Shown here: piece by piece, positions 46,129 through 55,498 of the stretch
Numbering within the stretch: position 1 is the stretch's first letter
How the letters are laid out: each line of letters opens with the position of its first letter
Assembly: GCA_016222825.1 (NCBI GenBank)
Contig: JACRQF010000014.1
Coordinates: forward strand, 419,300-483,299
Length of the DNA stretch: 64,000 nt
Reading direction: 5' to 3'
DNA from: Verrucomicrobiota bacterium
Lineage (GTDB): Bacteria > Verrucomicrobiota > Verrucomicrobiia > CAIQCK01
Program-made: the position numbers and the translations under genes
The notes under the pieces: model-generated
Told to the model about the DNA's origin: nothing
Seen by the model: the letters and a program-made list of their open reading frames with translations, nothing else
The model's database searches: none

Positions 46129-47355
46129 CTATTTCGCGCCGACGCAGTAGAGCGCGCAGTTGGAGCGCAGGTAAATCCGGCCGGCAATGGGAGCGATGGA
46201 GGCGCGGAACAACTCGCCGGCGCGGTCGCCGATGGAGTTGCGGGCTACGAGGTCGAACTTGGGGCCGGGCTTGATGACGAGGGTTTCGCCGGACTCGGTG
46301 TTAAGGTAGATGAGGCCGTTGGACTCGACGGGCGAGGCGGTGTAGGCGCCGGGAATCTTTTCCGTCCAGAGGACTTTGCCAGTGCGGGCTTCGTAGGTGG
46401 TGGCGTTGCCCTTCATGTCTATGGCGAAAAGGTAATCGCTGACGACGATGGGCGAGGGAATGTCCCGGACCTTGGGGCGCGGGGTGTGCCAGACGCGGTG
46501 AGTCTCGCTCACGTCGCCGGAGCCGCCGGGACGGACGGCGTAGATGTCGCCTGCTTTGCCGTTGAGGACGTAGAGCAAGCCGTGCGCGAAGTCTGGCACC
46601 GGCTCGCCGCGGCCGTTGAAACCGTTGCAGTGCCAGAGCAGCTTGCCGGAGGCGGGATCGTAGGCGTCGAGGCCCTGCTCGCTGTTGACGACGAGTTCGG
46701 ATCGCTTGCCGGCCTGGATTTCAATCGGCGTGCTCCAGCCGCCCATCGGTTTCTCGCCCCGCGGCGTGCGCCAGACGATCTTGCCTGTTTTCTTGTCGAG
46801 TGCGGCGATGAAGGACGCGCCCTGCGCGTCGCAGTTCTGGATGACGAGATTGCCGGAGAAGACCGGCGAGGCGGCGCTGCCCCACGGGCCGGCGAATTCG
46901 CCCAGCGACTGCGACCAGAGCGGTTTGCCGTTGAAGTCGAAACAATGGATGCCGCCGCGCCCGAAGAACGCGATGACGCGCTCGCCGTCGGTGAGGCAAC
47001 TCGGCGTGGCGAAGCCGTTCATGTTGTGCGATTTGCCGGGCGCTTCGCAGGGGATTGCCTTCTCCCAGAGGAGCTTGCCGCTGCGCATGTCGAGGGCGAG
47101 CACGAGGCGCGTGGAGCCTTTGTCGGCGGCAGCGGTGAGGAAGATGCGGTCGCCCCAGTTGACGGGCGAGGAGAACCCTTCGCCTTTCAACTCGGCGCGC
47201 CAGAGGACATTCTCGGCGCTCCACTTGGTCGGCAGCGCCGCCCCGGTATGATGGCCGGTGCCTGTGGGGCCGCGGAAACGGGGCCAGTTTTCGGCCGCGC
47301 CTGAGGTCAGCGTGAGCGCGAGGCCAAGACAGAGAACGAGAGGTGAGTATTTCAT
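46129..47355 (-). CDS. Secreted PQQ-like (BamB-like) beta-propeller repeat protein
   Basis: Track ORF 46129..47664 trimmed to ATG 47355 (MKYSPLVLCLGLALTLTSGAA signal peptide). Repeated GKLLW, GKIVW and GKVLW propeller motifs. Confidence 0.55.
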   Translation of the reverse strand: MKYSPLVLCLGLALTLTSGAAENWPRFRGPTGTGHHTGAALPTKWSAENVLWRAELKGEGFSSPVNWGDRIFLTAAADKGSTRLVLALDMRSGKLLWEKAIPCEAPGKSHNMNGFATPSCLTDGERVIAFFGRGGIHCFDFNGKPLWSQSLGEFAGPWGSAASPVFSGNLVIQNCDAQGASFIAALDKKTGKIVWRTPRGEKPMGGWSTPIEIQAGKRSELVVNSEQGLDAYDPASGKLLWHCNGFNGRGEPVPDFAHGLLYVLNGKAGDIYAVRPGGSGDVSETHRVWHTPRPKVRDIPSPIVVSDYLFAIDMKGNATTYEARTGKVLWTEKIPGAYTASPVESNGLIYLNTESGETLVIKPGPKFDLVARNSIGDRAGELFRASIAPIAGRIYLRSNCALYCVGAK

Positions 47356-47390
47356 AGCTGCTTCAACTTCCAACCACGGCGAGTTGCTTT

Positions 47391-49589
47391 CTACTGCGTG
47401 GCGGCTTCGCATTCCGCCATTTTTTCGCCGTAGAAATCGTCGGTGATCAGGCCCTCGTCGAAGAGGTAGCGGATTTGCTGCATGCGGCCGACCACCTGCC
47501 GCTTGCTGAACTTCTGGCCCTTGGCCTGCAATTCGGCGGCTTTGCTCTTGGCCTGCGCCATCACCTCGGACGAAATCTCCTTCGGCTCGCGGTTGGAGGG
47601 CGGCTGGTAGGAGGGATCGTAAACGAGCACCTTGAAGTCTTGGGCGGGCACGAGGTGCCGCCAAAGGAAGGCCTGCATCTTGTCTTCCGCCGCGACAGCC
47701 GCGTGGACGATTCTCTTGTCTCCGATCTTCGCACCACCCTGGATGGTCAGGTTAATCGGGCCGTCGGTGGCGGAGTTTGCCTTGAAGCTGAAGCGGGTAA
47801 TGTTCTGTTTGCCTCCCAAGGTAACAGGAAAAGCACTGAATCCGGGCGGAGGATTCTTCAAGTTGATGCTGATGGGGCCGTCGAAGCCATCTTTGCGCAT
47901 GGCATAGATGGTGACGCCCGCGGTGTTCCTTTGCCGGAGGTTGGTGCTGCTGGCGACGACGCGCAGTTCAAAATCGGGCCGCGGCGCACTGATGCGGAGG
48001 CGGTAGCCGTATTCCTCGCCGCCCTTGCGGCCGGTGTCGCCGATGTGAACGCAGTAGGTGCCGTTGGCCGGCAGCTTCGCCATGAAGTAGGAGTCGGCGT
48101 GGTGCGTGTTGACGCCTGCGCCGAGGTCTTCCTGGTCGTCGCTGAACGCCAGCAGTTTGCCGCTCGCGTCGGTGAGCTTGATCACGGAGTCCACCGGCGA
48201 ATCGAGCCTGCGCGCATGGACTTCCGCGACCACCGTGTTGCCCGCCTTGCCGGTGAACTGGAACACGTCCCAATCGTCTTCCTTGTCAATGCGCCCGTTG
48301 ACGATGAGAGGCAGCGTCACCTTCTGCGCGCGCTCCGGGGTGTTGTTGGGTTCCTTGTCGAAAGCTTCCGGCAGCGTGCCGAGGGCGAACGGCACGCGGT
48401 TGGAGAGGAAGCCGTCCTTGTTGGCGGCGATCTGCTGGATGCCCGGCCCGGCGTCCTTGGCCGGCTGCCGCAACTCGGCGTTTCCGAGATTGACGCCTTT
48501 CATCTTGACCGGGTGCGGCTCGCCGACGCGGCCACCCAGCGGGAAGATGCTCGTGATGAGCGGCAACTCGCCGATGGTGACGCGATAGACGAAATCCTCG
48601 CGGCCACGGTAGATGGCGTCGGTGATGGTGAAGACGTATTCGCCGTCCTTGGGAATCTGATAGACGATCGTCGGGTCGGGCTTGAAGCGGTAGTCGTCGT
48701 CATACGCCAGCTCCTTGCCGTCCGCGTCGTAGAGGGCCAGCACGGGCTGGAACCAACCGGGCACGGCGTCGGCGAGGTAGGGGATCAACTGCCGCGCGAG
48801 CGTGGTGATGACGAGCCGCTGGCCCTTGCGCGCGTCGAACCGGTAGCGGTTGATCTCGCCGGAAGCGATTTGGCCGTTGACGGTGCAGGGAATGCTGACG
48901 CGGTCCTCGATTTCGTTTTCGGGCCGCTTGCGGAGGGCCAGTTGCTCCTTGCCGAGCACTTGAAACGGCGTGGTGGCCATCGGCTTGCGGCTATGTTCGG
49001 CCAGTTCGCCGACATGGAATGGAAGCGGATTCGACGCGCCGCCGCGCAGGGTCACCAGCCGCAACTCCCGCTCGCCGACCGGCGCATCGGGGGCAATCGT
49101 GACCTCCAGATAGGCAAGGCTGGCCAGCGAAGCGCTGGCGGGCCGGAGCACGTATTCGCGCATCCGGGTCTGGATTTTCTCCATGAGCTGCTGTCTGGCG
49201 TCGCCCTTGGCGCCCGCCGAGGATTTCCCCGCTGACGGTCCGGAGGCCATCATCATCATCTCGTCATCCGACGACCTTCTTCTGGATGCCCCCTTCGTTT
49301 TCGACCTTCTCAGCTCTGACAATTGCTGGCTCAACAACTGCATGTCTTGCGGGCCGAGTTTCTTCTGATACTCGACGAGCCGGGCGGAAACGCCGGAGCC
49401 GCTGACAATCGCTCCCGTGATGCCGTCCATGGCCTGTCCGCCCAGTTTGACCCGGAGCGTTGTTCCCTGCTGGCCGCCGGCGGGATAGACGAAACCAACA
49501 TACGGTCTCGCCATCTGCGCTCGCGCCGCCGGCGCCATCGCCATCAAGCCAGCCACACCCAGAACCGCAAGCCATTGAACTTTGCTCAT
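47391..49589 (-). CDS. Secreted 732-aa protein with two PPC (bacterial pre-peptidase C-terminal)-like beta-sandwich domains and a short Met-rich segment
   Basis: Signal peptide MSKVQWLAVLGVAGLMAMAPAARAQ. Two D-rich beta-sandwich segments (DDDYRFKPDPTIVYQIPKDGEYVF..., DDQEDLGAGVNTHHADSYFMAKLPANGTYCVHIGD). SSDDEMMMMASG segment. Confidence 0.4.
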   Translation of the reverse strand: MSKVQWLAVLGVAGLMAMAPAARAQMARPYVGFVYPAGGQQGTTLRVKLGGQAMDGITGAIVSGSGVSARLVEYQKKLGPQDMQLLSQQLSELRRSKTKGASRRRSSDDEMMMMASGPSAGKSSAGAKGDARQQLMEKIQTRMREYVLRPASASLASLAYLEVTIAPDAPVGERELRLVTLRGGASNPLPFHVGELAEHSRKPMATTPFQVLGKEQLALRKRPENEIEDRVSIPCTVNGQIASGEINRYRFDARKGQRLVITTLARQLIPYLADAVPGWFQPVLALYDADGKELAYDDDYRFKPDPTIVYQIPKDGEYVFTITDAIYRGREDFVYRVTIGELPLITSIFPLGGRVGEPHPVKMKGVNLGNAELRQPAKDAGPGIQQIAANKDGFLSNRVPFALGTLPEAFDKEPNNTPERAQKVTLPLIVNGRIDKEDDWDVFQFTGKAGNTVVAEVHARRLDSPVDSVIKLTDASGKLLAFSDDQEDLGAGVNTHHADSYFMAKLPANGTYCVHIGDTGRKGGEEYGYRLRISAPRPDFELRVVASSTNLRQRNTAGVTIYAMRKDGFDGPISINLKNPPPGFSAFPVTLGGKQNITRFSFKANSATDGPINLTIQGGAKIGDKRIVHAAVAAEDKMQAFLWRHLVPAQDFKVLVYDPSYQPPSNREPKEISSEVMAQAKSKAAELQAKGQKFSKRQVVGRMQQIRYLFDEGLITDDFYGEKMAECEAATQ

Positions 49590-49672
49590 AAATTGCTCCA
49601 GTGATTATCCATCTGCACGAGGTGCTTGTGCCGTGCGCCCCAGCCGCCGGATCTGCTGATGACGATGTGATC

Positions 49673-51964
49673 TCACTGCGCGGCACATTCGCACTCCGCA
49701 GCTCTTTCGCCATAGAAGGCGTCCGTGAGCAGCCCTTCTTCAAAGAGATACTTGAGCTGCCGCACGCGGCCGGCTGCCTGCCCCTTGGTGAATTTCTGCC
49801 CCTTGGCCTGCATTTCGGCGGCCTTGACCTTCGCGCGGGCCAACACATCAGGCGGAATATCCCGCGGCACGCGCACCGGCGGCGGTTCGTAGGCGCCATC
49901 GTAAACGAGCACCTTCAAGTTTTGGGCGGGCACGAGATGCCGCCACAGGAACGCTTGCATCCGGTCTTCCGAGGGAACGCCCGCGTGGGTGATCTCCTGC
50001 TCGCCGACCTTCGCGGTGCCGACAACAGTGAGGTTGACGGAGCCTTTGGTGATGAGGTCTGTCTTGAAACCGACCGACGTGATGTTCTTGCCGGCCGGCA
50101 AAATGGAGACGTAGGGAGTGATCCCAATGGGCGGATCTTTCAGGGTGATCTTGATGGGGCCGTCGAAGCCGTCCTTGCGCTGGGCGAAGACGGTGAAGGC
50201 CGTGCTGCTCTTTTGCCGGACGCTGACGCTGCTGGGCATGATGCGGAGGGCAAAGTCGGGCCGCGGCGCGCTGATGCGCAGGCGGTAGCCGTATTCCTCG
50301 CCGCCCTTGCGGCCGGTGTCGCCGATGTGGACGAAGTAGGTGCCGTCGGCGGGCAGCTTGGCCATGAAGTAGGAGTCGGCGTGGTGCGTGTTGATGCCCG
50401 CGCCGAGGTCCTCGCGGTCGTCGTTGAAGGCGACCAGTTGGCCGTTGGCGTCGGTGAGTTTGATCACGGAATCCACCGGGGAATCGAGCCGGCGCGCATG
50501 GACTTCCGCGACGATGGAGTCGCCGGCGTTGCCGCTGATCTGGAACACGTCCCAGTCGTCTTCCTTGTCAATGCGCCCGTTGACCGTGACGGGCATCGCC
50601 ACTTTCTGCGCCTGGGCGATGGTGTTGTTGGGCTCCTTGTCGAAGACTTCCGGCAAGGTGTCCAAGGCGAACGACACGGGGTTGGAGAGGAAACCGTCTT
50701 TGTTCGCCGCGACTTGATGGATGCCTGCCTCGGCCTCCTTGGCGGGAAGCACCAGCTCGGCATCGCCCAAATGCAGTCCCTTCATCCTGACCGACGCCTG
50801 CTCGCCGACACGGCCGCCCAACGGGAAGATGCTCGTGATAAACGGCGTCTCTCCGATGGTAACCCGATAAACAAAATCCTCGCGGCCGCGGTAGATGGCG
50901 TCTGTGACGGCCAGCACATACTCACCGTCTTGGGGGATCGTATAAACGATGATCGGATCCGGTTTGAAACGGTAATCATCGTCATAAGCCACTTCCTTGC
51001 CGCTGGCATCGTAGAGCGTCAGCACGGGCTGGAACCAGCCGGGCACGGCGTCGGCCAGATACGGGATCAACTGCCGCGCGAGGGTGGTCATGATGAGTTG
51101 CTGGCCCTTGCGGGCCTCGAAGCGATACCGGTTCTGTTCGCCGGAAGCGATCTGGCCATTCACGGTGCAGGGAATGGTCACGCGATCCTCGATCTCATTC
51201 TCCGGCCGCTTGCGGAGGGCGAGATACTCTTTGCCGAGCACCTGGTAATCAGCCGTCTTCATCGGCTTGCGGCAGTATTCGGGCAACTGGCCGACATAGA
51301 AGGGAAGCGGGTTCGACGTGCCACCACGGAGAGTTGTCACCCGGATCTCCCGCTCGCCGGGAACCGCGTCAGGAGAAACCGTGACCTCGACATAGAGAAG
51401 CGACGAGATCGAACGGCAGGCCGGCGTGTTGCAGTAGTCGCGAAGCCGCTTCTCAAGCTTGGCAATCAGCCTGTCGGTGGCCTCGGCGCTTTCCAGTGCC
51501 GCGATTCCTCCACCGGCCTTTTGCGAGGACATCATCTCATCGCCCGATGACATCATCGGCTCGCCCGAACTGGACGGGGTCTTTGCAACGGTCTTCTGCG
51601 AGGAGGACATCATCATCGCCGGGTCTCCCGATGACATCATCATCTGGTCGCCCGAACTCGCCGCCGAGGCGATCTGGGTTCTCGCCTTCCGCAAATCCCT
51701 CAATTGCTCGTTGATGAGGGTCATGTCAATCGGCCCCAAGCCGGGATGATACTCGATCACACGGGCAGTCACGCCGGAGCCGGAAACCACCACGCCGTCC
51801 ACGCCCGTCATGCCTTGCCCGCCGAGCTTGAGTTGGAATGTCGTGCCTTGCTGACCGCCGGCGGGATACACGAAGCCCACATAGGGCCGCTGCGCCCATG
51901 CCGACGGAGCCATCGCCACAACACCGGCGATGCCAAGCATCGCGAGCCATTTCACTTTGTCCAT
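49673..51964 (-). CDS. Tandem paralog of 47391..49589 (763 aa) with an expanded Met/Ser-rich low-complexity insertion
   Basis: Start trimmed to ATG 51964 (MDKVKWLAMLGIAGVVAMAPSAWAQ), GAGGA RBS. ~80% identity to the downstream paralog outside the insertion SGDQMMMSSGDPAMMMSSSQ...GEPMMSSGDEMMSSQK. Confidence 0.4.
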   Translation of the reverse strand: MDKVKWLAMLGIAGVVAMAPSAWAQRPYVGFVYPAGGQQGTTFQLKLGGQGMTGVDGVVVSGSGVTARVIEYHPGLGPIDMTLINEQLRDLRKARTQIASAASSGDQMMMSSGDPAMMMSSSQKTVAKTPSSSGEPMMSSGDEMMSSQKAGGGIAALESAEATDRLIAKLEKRLRDYCNTPACRSISSLLYVEVTVSPDAVPGEREIRVTTLRGGTSNPLPFYVGQLPEYCRKPMKTADYQVLGKEYLALRKRPENEIEDRVTIPCTVNGQIASGEQNRYRFEARKGQQLIMTTLARQLIPYLADAVPGWFQPVLTLYDASGKEVAYDDDYRFKPDPIIVYTIPQDGEYVLAVTDAIYRGREDFVYRVTIGETPFITSIFPLGGRVGEQASVRMKGLHLGDAELVLPAKEAEAGIHQVAANKDGFLSNPVSFALDTLPEVFDKEPNNTIAQAQKVAMPVTVNGRIDKEDDWDVFQISGNAGDSIVAEVHARRLDSPVDSVIKLTDANGQLVAFNDDREDLGAGINTHHADSYFMAKLPADGTYFVHIGDTGRKGGEEYGYRLRISAPRPDFALRIMPSSVSVRQKSSTAFTVFAQRKDGFDGPIKITLKDPPIGITPYVSILPAGKNITSVGFKTDLITKGSVNLTVVGTAKVGEQEITHAGVPSEDRMQAFLWRHLVPAQNLKVLVYDGAYEPPPVRVPRDIPPDVLARAKVKAAEMQAKGQKFTKGQAAGRVRQLKYLFEEGLLTDAFYGERAAECECAAQ
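51521..51660 (-). repeat. Imperfect ~55-nt internal direct duplication inside the coding sequence, encoding the Met/Ser-rich segment of the 49673..51964 protein (GACATCATC cores)
   Basis: Two copies of ...gaggacatcatc(a)tcatcgcc(c/g)g...gatgacatcatc...tcgcccgaact(g/c)g on the + strand. Translates to MMSSGDEMMSS-type motifs on the - strand. Confidence 0.4.
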
Positions 51965-51984
51965 AAGCCGATCCTCACTTGCCC

Positions 51985-52063
51985 GCAAAAAAGAACCACG
52001 GAATGCACAGAATGCACGAAGCGAAACCTCTGCTTTTCGTGACCTTCCGTGCATTCCGTGGTT
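51985..52063 (-). terminator. Rho-independent terminator for the DUF1501 gene: 15-bp perfect inverted repeat (51995..52009 / 52049..52063) followed on the - strand by UCUUUUUUG
   Basis: AACCACGGAATGCAC ... GTGCATTCCGTGGTT read directly from the sequence, 11 nt after the stop at 52075. The 39-nt loop has an inner CACGAA/TTCGTG stem. The T-run is at 51985..51993. Confidence 0.5.
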
Positions 52064-52074
52064 GCTGAACTTCG

Positions 52075-53433
52075 TTACATGATCTCGGTCAGCAGACCGT
52101 TTGACTTCACGCCTTCCGCGGCGGAGGGCAATATGTGCGCCTCCAAGCCCATCGGGTGGGGCAGTTTCGCGGTCGCGTCAATGCCTGCCAACTGGTAGAT
52201 GCTGCCGAGCAGGTCCACCGGATACACCGGGCGGTCCTTGGGTTCCTCGCCCTTCGAGTCGGACGAGCCAACAACGCAGCCGCCTTTGAAACCGCCGCCG
52301 GCCACCAGAACGGAAAACACGTTGCCGTAGTGGTTGCGACCACCGTTCCAAGGTGGCTGCCAGTCCACTTTGGGGCCGCGGCCGAACTCGCCCGTGCACC
52401 ACACGATGGTGGTCTCAAGCAGGCCGCGGTCCTTCAAGTCCTGCAACAACGTCGCGAGGCCCAAGTCCAGATTCGGGCACTGGCGGCGCATGGTGGCGAA
52501 GTGGTTGCTGTGCGTGTCCCAGCCGCCGGGGTAGTTGATGACGACGTATGGGACACCTGCCTCGACCAGCCGGCGCGCAGCCAGACACTCCTGGCCAAAG
52601 GTGTTGCGGCCATACTTGTCGCGCAACGCTTCCTTCTCCAGCGAGAGGTCGAACACCTCTTTGCCTTTGCCGAGAATCAGGTCATACGCTGCCTTCTTGG
52701 ATTCCTCCGCGGCGGTCATTTGCGGGCTGGCGGCCATCGCCTTGCCCATCGTGTTCATCTTGTTGAGCAACTCGCGGCGGTTCTTCTGGCGGTCATCGGT
52801 GATCTGGCGGGCCACGACGCCTTCCACCTCGAAGCGGTTCGCGTTCGGGTCGCCGCCAGTCGCAAAGGGTTTGTATTTCGGGCCCAGGAAACCTTCCTCG
52901 GAGAACCGGCCCTGCGCCTGCGTCATCACCACATAGGGCGGAATGATGCCCTTGTATTCCTTCTTGAACAGCGCGAACACGGCGCCAATGCTCGGATACG
53001 CCAGCCGCTCGCCCGGCGTGTGGCCGGTTTGCATCAGATAGGCAGCGGTTTCATGGCCATTGTTGCGGTGCGTCATGCCGCGGATGAGGGAGAACTTGTC
53101 GGCTTGCTTCGCCAGCGCGGGAAACAGCTCGCCGAGCTGGATGCCATCCACGTTGGTCGGAATCGCCTTCGCGAACTCGCCCATGTATTCGTAGCCCGCG
53201 TCCGGTTTCGGATCCCACGTGTCGTTGTGCGACATGCCGCCCCAAAGGAAAACCTGAATGACCGACTTGGCCTTGGCCTTGGTGGCGGTCTTCGCTGGCG
53301 CCGAGGCGACTGCCAGCGCGTTGGGTATCAGGCGATCCACGGCCATCAACCCTGCTGTTGCATACAGGCCCCGCCGCATGGCTTCACGACGTGAGATCCG
53401 CTTTCCGTTCTTCGAACTGTGGCTCGTGCTCAT
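52075..53433 (-). CDS. DUF1501 family protein (sulfatase-like fold, Tat signal)
   Basis: Tat motif SRREAMRRGLYATAGLMAV. Conserved DUF1501 blocks (WDTHSNHF, VWCTGEFGR). AAAGGAAA RBS. Confidence 0.8.
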   Translation of the reverse strand: MSTSHSSKNGKRISRREAMRRGLYATAGLMAVDRLIPNALAVASAPAKTATKAKAKSVIQVFLWGGMSHNDTWDPKPDAGYEYMGEFAKAIPTNVDGIQLGELFPALAKQADKFSLIRGMTHRNNGHETAAYLMQTGHTPGERLAYPSIGAVFALFKKEYKGIIPPYVVMTQAQGRFSEEGFLGPKYKPFATGGDPNANRFEVEGVVARQITDDRQKNRRELLNKMNTMGKAMAASPQMTAAEESKKAAYDLILGKGKEVFDLSLEKEALRDKYGRNTFGQECLAARRLVEAGVPYVVINYPGGWDTHSNHFATMRRQCPNLDLGLATLLQDLKDRGLLETTIVWCTGEFGRGPKVDWQPPWNGGRNHYGNVFSVLVAGGGFKGGCVVGSSDSKGEEPKDRPVYPVDLLGSIYQLAGIDATAKLPHPMGLEAHILPSAAEGVKSNGLLTEIM

Positions 53434-53507
53434 CTTTTCAGTTTCCTTTCATTACGCATCCGGACTGGCCGGAAATTTATCATACTTCGTGACCGCTGCC
53501 GCAAAAA

Positions 53508-55274
53508 TCAGTGCCGATACAGGAACTCCGCGCTGTTGAGCAACGCCCATGCGATGTCCACCCAGTCGTCGCGCCGCTTGACGAGGATGGTCTTGTCGGG
53601 CTGTTTGACCGACTTGCCATTCTTCATGATCGGCGGCTGCCTGACCGTTTGCGTCGTGCCATACTCTTCCAGATTCTTCACCTCGTCAGCAGTCGGGAGA
53701 CGCGATAGGATTGTCAGGTAAAGCTCCTCGATGATCTCCTGCGGCTTCCGGCCGGAGTCAATAATCGCCCTCATCTTGGCGCCTTCGTTGATCTTGCGGT
53801 AGATGTGGCTTGAATTCAGCATGTGCAGCCACTGGCTGGGAACCGGTTTGTTGTTGCGTTCGTTCTCCATGCCGGTGGCGCGCGCCGTGCGCCCGAACAA
53901 CGTGAGGAAGGGGCTGGTGATGCTGCCGTCCGCGATGGCCACCGCCGGTTTGTTCTCCGGGATGTAGGTGAACGGCTCCGGAATCGGGCTGGTGTAAAGG
54001 TCCGTCGCGCCGGTGATCTTGTTGATGGCGTCAATTAGCACCTCCGCGTCCAGCCGGCGCAGCGAGTAGCTGGCGAAGTTGGCCTCGGCTTCGGGCGTGG
54101 TGACCTTCGGCATCGAAGACAACTGATAGGTCTTGGAGTTCAGGATCAACCGGTAGAGCTTCTTCAAGTCGTATTTCGCGGCGATGAGTTCTTTCTCCAG
54201 ATAAGCCAGCAGCGCCGGGTTGCTCGGCGGGTTGTCGTCCCGGAAGTCGTCCGGCTCGTGGACGATGCCGCGTCCCATCACCCATCCCCAAACGCGGTTG
54301 ACGATGCAGCGCGTGAACCAGGGATTCTTTGGCGTGACCAGCCAATCGGCGAACACCTCCCGCGGATCCTTGTTCGGTGACAGCTTGACTTTGGTTCCGT
54401 CCGGGAAGACACCCACCAATGGTTTCAGATTGGCTTCCGTCGGATCGAACACCTGCGCGACGGCGTTGGTGGGCTGTGCAATGGACGTGATGGAGGGTTT
54501 GCCGGGCACGCTGCTGGCGGTCACGACGTTGGAACCGAGCGGATTCCAGAAAACGTGCTCCTCCTTCCACTCGCTCGTGGGCTTGTAGCTGATCTGCGAG
54601 AAGAACACCGCCATGCCCTCGATCTTGTTCGTTGGCCAGTTGTCGGTGCGCGTGCCCATGAACGTCAACGCCACGGCGCCCGCGATGCCGTCCGGCGTCC
54701 GGTTCTGAATGGCGCGGTAGAAGTTCACCGGGCCGACGCGGAAGTTGCTGCCGCTGGAGGTGAGCATCTCGTTGACAAACTGGTCATACGGCTTGTTCTC
54801 GACCAGCGAGGCCCGCACCCAGCGATGAAACGCCTGCGCCGCGTTGGGCCAGAGGTTGACGGGGAACTCCGCCTTGATCCGCAGGATGTCGCCCCACCGC
54901 ATTGCCCAGTAGTCGGCATACTCCTCGCGCTCCAGAAGCCGGTCAACCAACAGCCGGCGCTTGTTCTTCGTGTCGGGATCCTCGATGAACTCCTTGGCTT
55001 CCTTTGCCGTCGGCACTGTGCCGATGATGTCGAGGTAGGCGCGGCGGACAAACACCGCATCAGAGCAGAGTGCCGGCTCGATCTTCAGCGACGCGAGCTT
55101 GGCGAAAACGATCTTGTCAATCTGGCCGTCCGGCGCCAGTTCGCCTGAAGCTTCAAAAACATTCGGCCCCCTCTCCGCCGCTGCGGCTCCGCCCGCGACA
55201 GCCAGGAAGACAACCGCCGAAATCAAAGCTTTCTTCACCGCGTCTGCCGCTTCCACCGACACATCAAAACCCAT
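53508..55274 (-). CDS. DUF1549/DUF1553 (PSD1-type) protein
   Basis: N-terminal DUF1549 block (FVRRAYLDIIGTVPTAKE...DRLLEREEYADYWAMRWGDILR) and C-terminal DUF1553 block. The canonical gene pair with the downstream DUF1501 gene. AAGGAAAGG RBS. Confidence 0.8.
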   Translation of the reverse strand: MGFDVSVEAADAVKKALISAVVFLAVAGGAAAAERGPNVFEASGELAPDGQIDKIVFAKLASLKIEPALCSDAVFVRRAYLDIIGTVPTAKEAKEFIEDPDTKNKRRLLVDRLLEREEYADYWAMRWGDILRIKAEFPVNLWPNAAQAFHRWVRASLVENKPYDQFVNEMLTSSGSNFRVGPVNFYRAIQNRTPDGIAGAVALTFMGTRTDNWPTNKIEGMAVFFSQISYKPTSEWKEEHVFWNPLGSNVVTASSVPGKPSITSIAQPTNAVAQVFDPTEANLKPLVGVFPDGTKVKLSPNKDPREVFADWLVTPKNPWFTRCIVNRVWGWVMGRGIVHEPDDFRDDNPPSNPALLAYLEKELIAAKYDLKKLYRLILNSKTYQLSSMPKVTTPEAEANFASYSLRRLDAEVLIDAINKITGATDLYTSPIPEPFTYIPENKPAVAIADGSITSPFLTLFGRTARATGMENERNNKPVPSQWLHMLNSSHIYRKINEGAKMRAIIDSGRKPQEIIEELYLTILSRLPTADEVKNLEEYGTTQTVRQPPIMKNGKSVKQPDKTILVKRRDDWVDIAWALLNSAEFLYRH

Positions 55275-55498
55275 GAGCTGGAACCTTTCCTTATTGCCGC
55301 TCGGAACACGAACAATAGTCTGCCACTATACGACGTTCAGCATCCAGTTGCCATCTTGCTCCCCGCCGCTGTCAACCACAATGACCTAAAAGTATCACTC
55401 CCGTCCGGCCGGTCCTTTCCGTGCGCTCGCAACAGCGCCCGCGTCAGCCTTGGGGATTGCAAGCCGGCGTGGAACGGGCTTAACTGCTGCGTGTCGCT

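Noticed and set aside
46486-53394. Plus-strand ORFs 46486..47304, 47475..49235, 49601..51550 and 52135..53394 opposite minus-strand genes
   Set aside because: Shadow ORFs. The minus-strand genes have signal peptides, RBSs and family-level conservation (DUF1501, PQQ propeller).
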